Below are positions 10,012 through 18,289 of a DNA stretch of 64,000 nucleotides, one piece after another. The translations under genes were made by a program, and so were the position numbers. Numbering within the stretch: the stretch's first letter is position 1; every line of letters begins with the position of its first letter. The notes under the pieces were generated by a model. The model ran no database searches and had not been told where the DNA came from. It saw only the letters and a program-made list of their open reading frames with translations. Origin of the DNA: a virus; IMG/VR virus record IMGVR_UViG_3300020583_000010, positions 62,029 to 126,028 of that record. One strand, written 5' to 3'.

Positions 10012-12011
10012 TTACCAGTTTCTGTCTTATGAATATCTTTACAAGATCCCCAGCGTTCCCAGGTATGCCAGTCTGCCACCATATCTGGCCATCCCTGAAC
10101 TGGGAAGACCACCGCTGGTTCTAGGAGTGAACACACTGTATCTAGATCTACACTCTTGTGCACATAGAATTCTAGAGCATCATGTATATTCATTACTAGA
10201 TGAATTTTATCCGCCAGACCTGCTGCTTTTATAGCTTTAGTGGCCCGGACCATGGCAATCTTAGGTACATCTCCCGTAGCTGATCCTTGAATCACAGTAT
10301 TGAAGGCCATTCTATCAGCCTTACCCTGGGCATAATGACTCTTATCCTGATAATCCCAAATAGTCATCTTGCGCCCGAATTTTGTTATGGAATATCCATT
10401 CTTACGGCCTAGTTGCATACACTTATCAATATATCTCTTGATATTTGGATAGGCCGCATACCATCTATCTTGAAGATCCTGCGCTTCTTCTTCAGAAGTT
10501 CCCATACTCTCAGCGAGTGCCTTAATTCCCTGCTGATATACTGTTGCAAAGTTTAGAGTCTTACCTCTTTGCCTTTTAACAGGATCTACCTGATCTGCTG
10601 GTATCTGGAACATAAGCATGGCACTTTTAACATGGACATCCTCACCGTTAGCAAATGCCTCCAAAAGAGCAGTCTCATTAGCCTCGCCAGCAATCGCTCT
10701 CAACTCTGCTTGCCCGTAGTCAAACCCGACAGCGTAGTAATCCTCAGGACATACTACGGCATCACGAAAACAGAACTCTAGAAAGGCGTTGCCAGACTCA
10801 TACCGTGTCATTTTCTTACCGGCTAAAGGTCCTTCTTTATATGAGATATTGCCCCCTGGTAATTGCTGATAACCAGGTTTAGATACTGAGAATCTTCCAG
10901 AGATTACAAATACTTGATGATGACTAGGATGTGTTAGACCCTCATGCTCAATATCATAACTGAAGTCTCTCTCATACTTATCGAGATATGATCCTATTAG
11001 TTTATTAACTTCTCGCCACTCTAGCAAACTTCGTATTACTGGGTGTTTCTGAGCTAGGCCTTCTAGAGCAACCGTGTCTGTTGACATTTTGGGCTCAGTA
11101 GAGTCTCTAGTACCCTTAGTGTACCTAGTAGTAGAAAATCCCAGTCTGTTATATAAAAGATTTTGTACTTGAGCAGGTGAGTTAAGGTTTACAGTGACTG
11201 GTTCTCCTAGCATCTCTGAGAAAGTATCCTGAATATTGGATAGTTGTATATCTTTGAATACTTTAGCATGCTCACTTACATCTCTCATGAACTTCCAGTC
11301 GAAGTAAACTCCAAATCTTTCCATTTCATACACTACATAGAGGACTTGCATCTCTAACTTGTATATGAAATGATCTTTCACAATAGGGTAGTGTTTATTA
11401 TGAAGCGCAAGAGCCCACAGAGCATCTTCACAAGCGTAGTCTATTACTTTAGAATTCAACTCAAGCACGTTGAACCGTATAATACTCTTCTTACTGTCAG
11501 GAAGATCTGGAAAGAGTTCATGAATCTCGGTCATTTGATGTCCGAATATTTCAAATACTAATTTCTTAAGTGCATTACTCTTATAGGCAGAGACTATAGC
11601 AGCTTCTATCAGAGTACATGAAAATATTGGGAAAGGTTCTTTTCCTACTATTTCTATACCAAGATACTCTATAAGCCAGGGAACTAGGAAACTTAACTCG
11701 AACTTTGCATTGTGAGCTATTACTAAACCTGACTTAAGAAGTGGCCATATAATCTCAGCTACTTCTTTATTGTCTAAGTTCTCTTCAGCATAGTCATGCC
11801 GTAACGGTATATATCTAGCCCAATCAGTTGAATTAGCTACACTTATTCCTACTACAAAGCCTTCTTGCGGATGAGTGGCCGCGTCTTTCCTGTCAGGACC
11901 ATCATACCCAGTCTCAATGTCAAGGCCCACAGGTGTTCCTTCAGCTAGGAACTTGTCCACTATGGACTTTAGCTCTTCTAGTGTGTGCACTAAGCCGTAA
12001 TTACGAAGCAC
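9993..12011 (-). CDS. polA: family A DNA polymerase with 3'-5' exonuclease (no 5'-3' exo)
   Basis: LDIET, AHNAKFE, YACEDA; motif A DYGQAELR, motif B RQRGKTLNFATVY, IQGSA, motif C IHDA. Confidence 0.95.
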   Translation of the reverse strand: MLRNYGLVHTLEELKSIVDKFLAEGTPVGLDIETGYDGPDRKDAATHPQEGFVVGISVANSTDWARYIPLRHDYAEENLDNKEVAEIIWPLLKSGLVIAHNAKFELSFLVPWLIEYLGIEIVGKEPFPIFSCTLIEAAIVSAYKSNALKKLVFEIFGHQMTEIHELFPDLPDSKKSIIRFNVLELNSKVIDYACEDALWALALHNKHYPIVKDHFIYKLEMQVLYVVYEMERFGVYFDWKFMRDVSEHAKVFKDIQLSNIQDTFSEMLGEPVTVNLNSPAQVQNLLYNRLGFSTTRYTKGTRDSTEPKMSTDTVALEGLAQKHPVIRSLLEWREVNKLIGSYLDKYERDFSYDIEHEGLTHPSHHQVFVISGRFSVSKPGYQQLPGGNISYKEGPLAGKKMTRYESGNAFLEFCFRDAVVCPEDYYAVGFDYGQAELRAIAGEANETALLEAFANGEDVHVKSAMLMFQIPADQVDPVKRQRGKTLNFATVYQQGIKALAESMGTSEEEAQDLQDRWYAAYPNIKRYIDKCMQLGRKNGYSITKFGRKMTIWDYQDKSHYAQGKADRMAFNTVIQGSATGDVPKIAMVRATKAIKAAGLADKIHLVMNIHDALEFYVHKSVDLDTVCSLLEPAVVFPVQGWPDMVADWHTWERWGSCKDIHKTETGKWELVA

Positions 12012-12426
12012 TACCAGATTCCTTTAGTTTTCTCAAGTCAAAATGTAAATTAATAAGTTCTGTTTGTAGCTCATGTACTTTTTCTTCTGTTTCTTTTTTC
12101 TCAGTTGTATGTTCTACTATTAATCTCTCATTTTCATTTATTAAACTACTTATTTTATCTTCTAACAAAGTTTTTACTTCTCTAAACTCTGAGGCTTGTC
12201 TCTTCTTTGATTCCTCAACCTCGTCTAGGCCATGTTGTAGTAACTCATTAACTCTAGCTACATTACCCAATTCTAGACTTTGAAGAATGTATGGTTCCCG
12301 TCTTTCATTACGCCTATCAGCATTCTTAGCCGTCTTCTCAAGTCTTTTTGAGGTCCAAAAGTTATAGAGTAGTACAGTCGCGCCAGAACTACCGACAGCG
12401 CTAGCTATACCCACTAAGTCAATCAT
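12001..12426 (-). CDS. membrane-anchored coiled-coil protein
   Basis: Hydrophobic N-terminus followed by long coiled coil. Confidence 0.65.
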   Translation of the reverse strand: MIDLVGIASAVGSSGATVLLYNFWTSKRLEKTAKNADRRNERREPYILQSLELGNVARVNELLQHGLDEVEESKKRQASEFREVKTLLEDKISSLINENERLIVEHTTEKKETEEKVHELQTELINLHFDLRKLKESGSAS

Positions 12427-12456
12427 CGCACTTTGGACCTTCCAGCATTATTCAAG

Positions 12457-12529
12457 CTCAGGGTATAAGATTCGAACTTATGACCTTGGGATTAACAATC
12501 CCCTGCTCTGCCGACTGAGCTAACCCTGA
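12457..12529 (-). tRNA. tRNA-Asn(GTT)
   Basis: TCAGGGT/ACCCTGA acceptor, TAGCTCAGTCGGCAGAGC D arm, loop TTGTTAA, GTTCGAATC T loop. Confidence 0.9.
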
Positions 12530-12625
12530 TAGATATTATATTTTAGACCAGGTATGGTGTCCTCGTATCATATGTCCTGCTGTTGATCTAGCAACACCAT
12601 ACTAATTCCCCTAAATCTTCTTGAG

Positions 12626-12696
12626 CTTTCGGCCAGAGATTCGAACTCCAATTGTCGGTACCAGAAACCGGTGTCCTGCCATTAGACGAGCCGAAA
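12626..12696 (-). tRNA. tRNA-Gln(CTG)
   Basis: TTTCGGC/GCCGAAA acceptor, loop TTCTGGT, GTTCGAATC. Confidence 0.9.
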
Positions 12697-12830
12697 CCGA
12701 AGGATGCTGTACAGCATCCTTTGGAGATAAGGATCACGCTCCTAAGCCGAAGGACTAATTTCAAAGGCAATCGACATAGGGCCATCCCCCTCTCTGTTAA
12801 TCTGAGTGGAGGACAAACGTCCCTTGTTAT

Positions 12831-12859
12831 ATACTACCATGAAGCCTCCAAGGTGTCTA
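12831..12859 (-). promoter_or_regulatory. sigma70-type promoter for tRNA-Gln/Asn transcript
   Basis: TAGACA-N17-TAGTAT with TGG extension. Confidence 0.6.
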
Positions 12860-12889
12860 GATCCTAGGCTTACTTTTCTAACATCGACT

Positions 12890-13810
12890 CTACCACATGA
12901 GCACTAGTACCTCCAGAATGCCTTCTGATATGCCTTGACGGTAGTAAGACTCAAGGTAAGCCAGTACCTGGTGATTTCTTACTAAGTCAGTATAAGAGTA
13001 TCTTTTAAAGACTGGCAGCAATGAGCTAATTCTATACATAGGAATATTTGTACCTGCGTCTAGTTTAGAATTTGCAGGTATTTCTTTTAGTTTTTCTATT
13101 AACCCTAAACTGTAATCTAAATATGACAACACAGCGCCCACAGAAGAAGCCTGTATTGTTGAAATGGCTTTTATTGCTGAGTTTTTATCTCTTTCCAGCA
13201 GCGCTTGACTAAACTCTACTGGTGTTTCTTCATCTAGACTCTGAATAGTGTCTATATTTAGTTCTATATCAGTCATTTCAGGCAGTAATGTTTTTATCTT
13301 TTTACAGACATCATAGGTGGCTAAAAGATTTCCATTTTTGTATTCTAATAGTCTTTTTGCTGTACTGTCTGAAAGATTTCCTATACTAGACACCCAACTT
13401 AACTTATGCTCTAGCTTAGCCATCACACATTTTATAACTACAGCCCTAGGAGTTTTCATAGCCTTATTATCAGATTCTTCATTAGCTACTAATAGAAGAA
13501 CTGTTTCTGGACTATATTTTGAGTACTTAGCAAGCCAGTCAGTTAGCCTAGGAGCGTCACTGAGTTTCTCTGCATTTATAATTTCTATAAATCTAAAAGA
13601 ACCATCAGTCAAGGACCGACTATACACAGTATCCCATATCTCAGTCTCTGGATCACAAGCAGCATCAAATGCATAAGTGTCTAAAGGCAGTGCGGCAGTT
13701 TCTTTTTTAATAAACTGTCTCACCTCTTTAATAAGAGCCTCCTCAGGTCCGTATACCCAATTTACTCTTCCTATCTTAGCACTCCTAGCCCATTGTGTAT
13801 AAGTACCCAT
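12890..13810 (-). CDS. clamp loader delta (HolA)-like subunit
   Basis: VNWVYGPEEALI N-terminus, IINAEKL, GNLL; length and layout like HolA. Confidence 0.6.
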   Translation of the reverse strand: MGTYTQWARSAKIGRVNWVYGPEEALIKEVRQFIKKETAALPLDTYAFDAACDPETEIWDTVYSRSLTDGSFRFIEIINAEKLSDAPRLTDWLAKYSKYSPETVLLLVANEESDNKAMKTPRAVVIKCVMAKLEHKLSWVSSIGNLSDSTAKRLLEYKNGNLLATYDVCKKIKTLLPEMTDIELNIDTIQSLDEETPVEFSQALLERDKNSAIKAISTIQASSVGAVLSYLDYSLGLIEKLKEIPANSKLDAGTNIPMYRISSLLPVFKRYSYTDLVRNHQVLAYLESYYRQGISEGILEVLVLMW

Positions 13811-13818
13811 TGTGTGAT

Positions 13819-14190
13819 TTAGATTATGCCTCTGAGAGCTTCCTGAGGTATTCTGGAAGGGGAAATACCCTCAAGTAGCGTCTGTCGTCTCTGCTGAGTT
13901 TCTGCCTCTTCTACTTGAGCTTGTGCTGTATTCAGAGCCATGTCTAGAATGTTAGACACCATAGTCTGAGTCACTATCTCTAACTTCAACTGATGCTCTT
14001 CATCTAGTAGCACTGATACTAAAGCACTAAGTCTGGCATGAAAGAAGTTTAATGGATTAACACTAGCGTTAAACTTTGCAGCTAGCATCTCTTCCCTAGA
14101 TGAGTTATTACTTATAAGCTCCTCGACCTGTTCCTTTAACTCATCAATAGTTCCGTCTATAGCCTGACTGCCCACTGCCTCTTCTGTCAT
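13819..14190 (-). CDS. hypothetical protein
   Basis: 123-aa helical ORF in operon. Confidence 0.6.
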   Translation of the reverse strand: MTEEAVGSQAIDGTIDELKEQVEELISNNSSREEMLAAKFNASVNPLNFFHARLSALVSVLLDEEHQLKLEIVTQTMVSNILDMALNTAQAQVEEAETQQRRQTLLEGISPSRIPQEALRGII

Positions 14191-14888
14191 TTTATGCCTT
14201 TCTGAGATACTATGTATGCCATTAATAGTGATGTTACTACTCTTTTTTCATCTGCGAACTTTAATGTCTCTAAAGCCTCTAATAATGACCAGGCAAAGGT
14301 ATTTCCTAACCCCAAACCTTCTACATCTATACTAGAGAATATTTGAAATCTTTTTGATATACTTTCGTAGCACCATATCTTTAGTAATTTTGTGTCTGAT
14401 GCAGCCCATGAGACCATCGAGTCTCTAAGCAGCTTCTTCTCGCTAAGAGCGGTAGATGCTAATACTTTTAGTACTTTTGTTTTACTCTCCACCGTACTAT
14501 CTGTATTGTCAAAGACTCTCAGTACTTGACATCTAGAGATACATGTATTAATTACCCATGATTCACTAAATATTACTATTTTTGCATAGCCTGGAGGATT
14601 GTCAAGCACAGACAATAATGAACTCTGAGCACTAGATGATACTCCCGTTAAATTTATTACAACTAACTTGGTTTTCCCATATGGGGTTAACTGTATAAAG
14701 TCTTTAATATTTTGCAGTGTCTGTGTATCTATGTCAGGCACTACTAGTGTGTCTTCATTTAATAAAGCAAGATCAAAGTACAGAGTATCTAGAATATTAC
14801 TCAGAGTCTCTTCTGAGAGTATGCCTTTTATGAGACAGGGTTGCTGTGAACTAGTTATAAAGTTAGAGATATTATCTATATCAGGCAT
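14187..14888 (-). CDS. clamp loader delta-prime (HolB)-like degenerate AAA+ subunit
   Basis: KLVVIN..SAQSSLLSVLDNPP..TCISRCQ matches the ANALLK.LEEPP/TI.SRC pattern; no intact Walker A. Confidence 0.7.
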   Translation of the reverse strand: MPDIDNISNFITSSQQPCLIKGILSEETLSNILDTLYFDLALLNEDTLVVPDIDTQTLQNIKDFIQLTPYGKTKLVVINLTGVSSSAQSSLLSVLDNPPGYAKIVIFSESWVINTCISRCQVLRVFDNTDSTVESKTKVLKVLASTALSEKKLLRDSMVSWAASDTKLLKIWCYESISKRFQIFSSIDVEGLGLGNTFAWSLLEALETLKFADEKRVVTSLLMAYIVSQKGIK

Positions 14889-15465
14889 TCAATTTCTCTT
14901 CTTCCATAACTTTATGTATATATTGTTTTGCCACTTCTAACCACTTAAGAGCTTCTTTATCTGATGTTGCCTTGTCTAAGATCTCATATAATTTAGTAAT
15001 CACTCTAGTTATTGTATTATTATACTGCACAATACCCCAGTTCCGGGGGTTAATGGAGTAACAGTACTCCATTAATGAGTCTCTATAGACTGTTCTATCT
15101 AAAATTATAGGAGGATCTATAGCTTCTTGCCACTTTTCCTCAAATGTCTTTGGTTTATGGCCTATTTGTTCTAGCAGATCAAAAGCAGCAAGCCTATATG
15201 ATATCTCTCTGAGTTTAGCATACACAGATACAGGAGTCATAGTACCACACCCCATAAAACAATTTCCTGTGTTTGTTTCCGAGTATACCCTCATACTCTT
15301 TGATGCATCTCCATCTAAATGGTACATATCTGCATAGGGACATCGGGCTTTAACAGATTTACTATGAGTAAACTCTGGAACATATATATTAAACTTACTT
15401 AGTACATATCTTAGAGGAACTAGTCTGTTTGCTGTCTGTACTAAAGATTCAACTCTCTGAGTCAA
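14881..15465 (-). CDS. DnaG-type CHC2 zinc-finger protein (primase N-terminal part)
   Basis: RCP...H.D..KSMRVY..NCFMGCG; no TOPRIM domain. Confidence 0.75.
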   Translation of the reverse strand: MTQRVESLVQTANRLVPLRYVLSKFNIYVPEFTHSKSVKARCPYADMYHLDGDASKSMRVYSETNTGNCFMGCGTMTPVSVYAKLREISYRLAAFDLLEQIGHKPKTFEEKWQEAIDPPIILDRTVYRDSLMEYCYSINPRNWGIVQYNNTITRVITKLYEILDKATSDKEALKWLEVAKQYIHKVMEEEKLNA

Positions 15466-15673
15466 GAAGATCCATCACAGATGTCACGGCAGTATCTAAT
15501 CTTATAGCTGCATCTTCTAGCTGCCCATACTTCTGCCAAGCTTCGTTGCTGCTCTCAAAGTTTCCTACACGCTTAGCTGTTCTGTATGCCTGATAAGCCT
15601 CTTCGGCTTTCATTTGCAGCTCTGAACGGAGCTCCGCAGGTGTTGCGGACTTTAGTCTAGTTGAGACGCTCAT
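15449..15673 (-). CDS. hypothetical protein
   Basis: ORF in operon. Confidence 0.55.
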   Translation of the reverse strand: MSVSTRLKSATPAELRSELQMKAEEAYQAYRTAKRVGNFESSNEAWQKYGQLEDAAIRLDTAVTSVMDLLDSES

Positions 15674-15908
15674 TGTCTATTTCCTGACTATTAGAAGCTA
15701 GAAGTTCTACACCCCTACATTTATAACATAGCCGGAGTGGTTTATCTTCTTGTATCCATTCCCAGTCTCTGCGCAGCGGAGCTCCACATATAGGTCCAAA
15801 CCCTACTGGATCTATATAATGTGCTACTTTGCCGCCAGGTGCCTTGCGCTTATAGTACCAGATATCACTAAGAGAGGTACCAGCGAAAGGATTATAAGGA
15901 ACATCCAT
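15657..15908 (-). CDS. small Zn-finger protein, probably leaderless
   Basis: AH..PICG..LCYKC; ATG lies 7 nt past a -10 box. Confidence 0.6.
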   Translation of the reverse strand: MDVPYNPFAGTSLSDIWYYKRKAPGGKVAHYIDPVGFGPICGAPLRRDWEWIQEDKPLRLCYKCRGVELLASNSQEIDNERLN

Positions 15909-15914
15909 AAGTCT

Positions 15915-15943
15915 ATGGTACCTCTCTTAGTGCATTCTGTCAA
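15915..15943 (-). promoter_or_regulatory. sigma70-type promoter
   Basis: TTGACA-N17-TACCAT. Confidence 0.7.
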
Positions 15944-15952
15944 GGGGTAATA

Positions 15953-16504
15953 CTAATTACCATAAGTTCCGCATACAGGCCATGCTCCTATACCCTGACT
16001 GGCCAGAACTGCGTTAGCCACAGTCTCTTGGTCGCCTTGACTAGCCTGGTTCGGGAACTGCGCGTAAAACCCCCCGCCATAAGCTAGCCATGTGCTCTCA
16101 GTAAACTGAAGGCCACCATAGAAGCCATTACCAGTATCAGCTGACCAGTCACCTGATGACTCGCAAGAAGCTATGGCATCCCAATTAACAGTACTGGAGC
16201 TAGCAGTCTGGGAAGAGTTCTCAATGTTAACAATCGGTTGGTAAACAGTAGGTGAGCTAGGAGTGCTAGTCACACCACCTAGTTTAATCACTTCTCCTGG
16301 ATAGATCAAGTTTGGGTTATTCAAACTATTGATATCTCTAAGATACTGCCATGAAGTGCCATGGCTAGCAGCAATGATGGATAAAGTCTGCCCTTGTCTC
16401 ACTGTCACAGAAGTATCTGCGAGAGACACTGAGGCAGTACCTACAACAACTGCCATGGCAACTACAGGGATAGAAATAAACTTAACAGCTCGGGACTTCA
16501 ACAC
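15953..16504 (-). CDS. rpf: secreted LysM + resuscitation-promoting factor (Rpf) transglycosylase
   Basis: Signal peptide; LysM ([21 protein letters not shown]); Rpf core [29 protein letters not shown]. Confidence 0.92.
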   Translation of the reverse strand: MLKSRAVKFISIPVVAMAVVVGTASVSLADTSVTVRQGQTLSIIAASHGTSWQYLRDINSLNNPNLIYPGEVIKLGGVTSTPSSPTVYQPIVNIENSSQTASSSTVNWDAIASCESSGDWSADTGNGFYGGLQFTESTWLAYGGGFYAQFPNQASQGDQETVANAVLASQGIGAWPVCGTYGN

Positions 16505-16584
16505 TAGTTGATTACCTTTGCTCCGTGTTCGCCATACGTCTAACGCGCAAGTCCTAGTGACTCCCGGGCGAATCTCGTTAGAGG

Positions 16585-16613
16585 ATCATACCACAATCAA
16601 CCCACGGCTGCAA
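16585..16613 (-). promoter_or_regulatory. promoter upstream of rpf
   Basis: TTGCAG-N17-TATGAT with TGG extension. Confidence 0.55.
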
Positions 16614-16698
16614 CCACTTCGAGTGTTACATCATAGTAAGGAAGCACTTCTAGCACTATACAGTCCATACTCTCGAATGGGTTCATTATCTGGCTCTC

Positions 16699-17004
16699 TT
16701 AAGGTTTAAGAATGAAACTTGAGTATTCCCAAGCAGAATAAGGACTCTCTGAAAGCACACCCTGATAGTGCCACTTGCCCCCAGTCCAGCCGGTAGTAGT
16801 AATGACTCCTGTGTACTTATTCTGGTCGGGGTCGAAAGTTCCCGTACATGTATAGTCTACTACTCTGTCAGATGGGTTGTACTCTGGATCTTTTGGCGGA
16901 GCATAGAAGTTAAATACGCAGGTAGGATTAGATATTGGCAGTTTTGTTACTCTATCGAAGGCTTGAGCTGTGACTGTTATAGTCATCCCTGAGTATAAAC
17001 TCAT
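16699..17004 (-). CDS. beta-rich hypothetical protein
   Basis: 101-aa ORF coupled to upstream gene. Confidence 0.6.
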   Translation of the reverse strand: MSLYSGMTITVTAQAFDRVTKLPISNPTCVFNFYAPPKDPEYNPSDRVVDYTCTGTFDPDQNKYTGVITTTGWTGGKWHYQGVLSESPYSAWEYSSFILKP

Positions 17005-18248
17005 TTAGACATCCTAGCTCTGGCTATCATTAGCATATTTTCTGGATCTTTTGAGAATCCCACTTTAGCAACTCTTTGAGCCTCTGAAGCTAGTCTATCT
17101 ACTCCATGCCGTGTTTTAAGTAATTCATGGAATCCTGCTGGGGTATGATGAATGCCTGTTATATGAGCATGACGTAAACGAGCTGCATCTTCTAGAGCTC
17201 TGTGCTCTTCTGACAGATGATCAGAGGGAGATTTCACAGGAGACGTGGTTTTACTATCTCTGTCTTGTGTAGGTTTAGCACTGCTAGACCTTGGAACTAC
17301 ACTACTGCCTCTACGAGTCAAAGAGGAGCGCACCAAAGTTCGCAGAATCGGATGACTCCTACCTAACATTCTAAACCCGCCACCGCGTGGACGTACAGAC
17401 CTCAAAAGGCTGGCCGCGCGTAGAGCTCCTAGAGCTTTTGATGCAGTACTAGTGGGGGACTTAGCCGCTGCCGGTGCTTTTGGAGCAGCTGCCTTAGGTG
17501 TTGTAGCAGCTTTGGGTGTTGTAGCAGCTTTGGGTGCGGCAGTTTTAGGTGTAGTTGTTGCTGTACTCTTAGGGGTCGTTGTAGTCGATTTAGTTGTTGA
17601 TGTACTCTTAGGAGTTGTTGTAGTAGCTTTAGTTGCAGTAGTCTTAGAAGTAGCAGACTTTGTAGTTCCTGTACTTTTAGTTGAAGTAGAGGTTGTCTTT
17701 GACTTGGTGGCAGCCTTTGAGGCAGCTGTCTGAGCTTTAGCCTGAGCTGTTTTAGCGGCGGCCTGAGCTTTTGCCACTGCTGCTGCGGCTGAAACGGCCT
17801 TAGCTTGGTTAGCTGCGGCAGCTGCCTGTGCTGCCTTTTCAGCTGCTATAGCTTTATTCTGTTCTGTTACCCCGGCCGCCGCTGCTTTAGTACCGGCATT
17901 CAAAGCTGAGTTAGAAATAGCTGGAGAAGACTGAGGAGCAGCCGTATAAGGCGTAAAAGGAGTTCTACCTATAGTGGAAGAACCGACAGTGACTGTATTC
18001 TTTGATCCCATAGCTTGAGCTACTGATTTGTTGGCCTGATTAGCCTGCCGAGCTCCTGACAACCCTTGTCTTAAGGTACCACCAGGATTTGTAACACCAT
18101 ATTTTGGTCCTGGTGCCCCACGAGTAGCTGGCCGTACTGTTACTGCTTTACCTGTAGGTGATGATTTAGTGTACTGGCGTACATTAACCTGACCGGACTG
18201 AACAGCGAGCTCTATAACCTTTTCTAGGTCACTTTTTTCTTTAGGCAT
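17001..18248 (-). CDS. basic low-complexity Ala/Thr/Lys-rich protein (histone H1-like repeats)
   Basis: TTPK/AAPK repeats, Arg-rich C-terminal part, GGAG RBS. Confidence 0.75.
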   Translation of the reverse strand: MPKEKSDLEKVIELAVQSGQVNVRQYTKSSPTGKAVTVRPATRGAPGPKYGVTNPGGTLRQGLSGARQANQANKSVAQAMGSKNTVTVGSSTIGRTPFTPYTAAPQSSPAISNSALNAGTKAAAAGVTEQNKAIAAEKAAQAAAAANQAKAVSAAAAVAKAQAAAKTAQAKAQTAASKAATKSKTTSTSTKSTGTTKSATSKTTATKATTTTPKSTSTTKSTTTTPKSTATTTPKTAAPKAATTPKAATTPKAAAPKAPAAAKSPTSTASKALGALRAASLLRSVRPRGGGFRMLGRSHPILRTLVRSSLTRRGSSVVPRSSSAKPTQDRDSKTTSPVKSPSDHLSEEHRALEDAARLRHAHITGIHHTPAGFHELLKTRHGVDRLASEAQRVAKVGFSKDPENMLMIARARMSK

Positions 18249-18289
18249 AGGATATCTCCCTGTAGGTATAGCTACAAAGAAAATATCGG

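Noticed and set aside
12588-12867. ORFs 12588-12785 and 12652-12867
   Set aside because: Overlap tRNA-Gln and its leader
16510-16600. c-di-AMP (ydaO) riboswitch upstream of rpf
   Set aside because: Too short and lacks the GCTGAATCC, GGGGAACC and CCCGTCAGCTAAC consensus blocks
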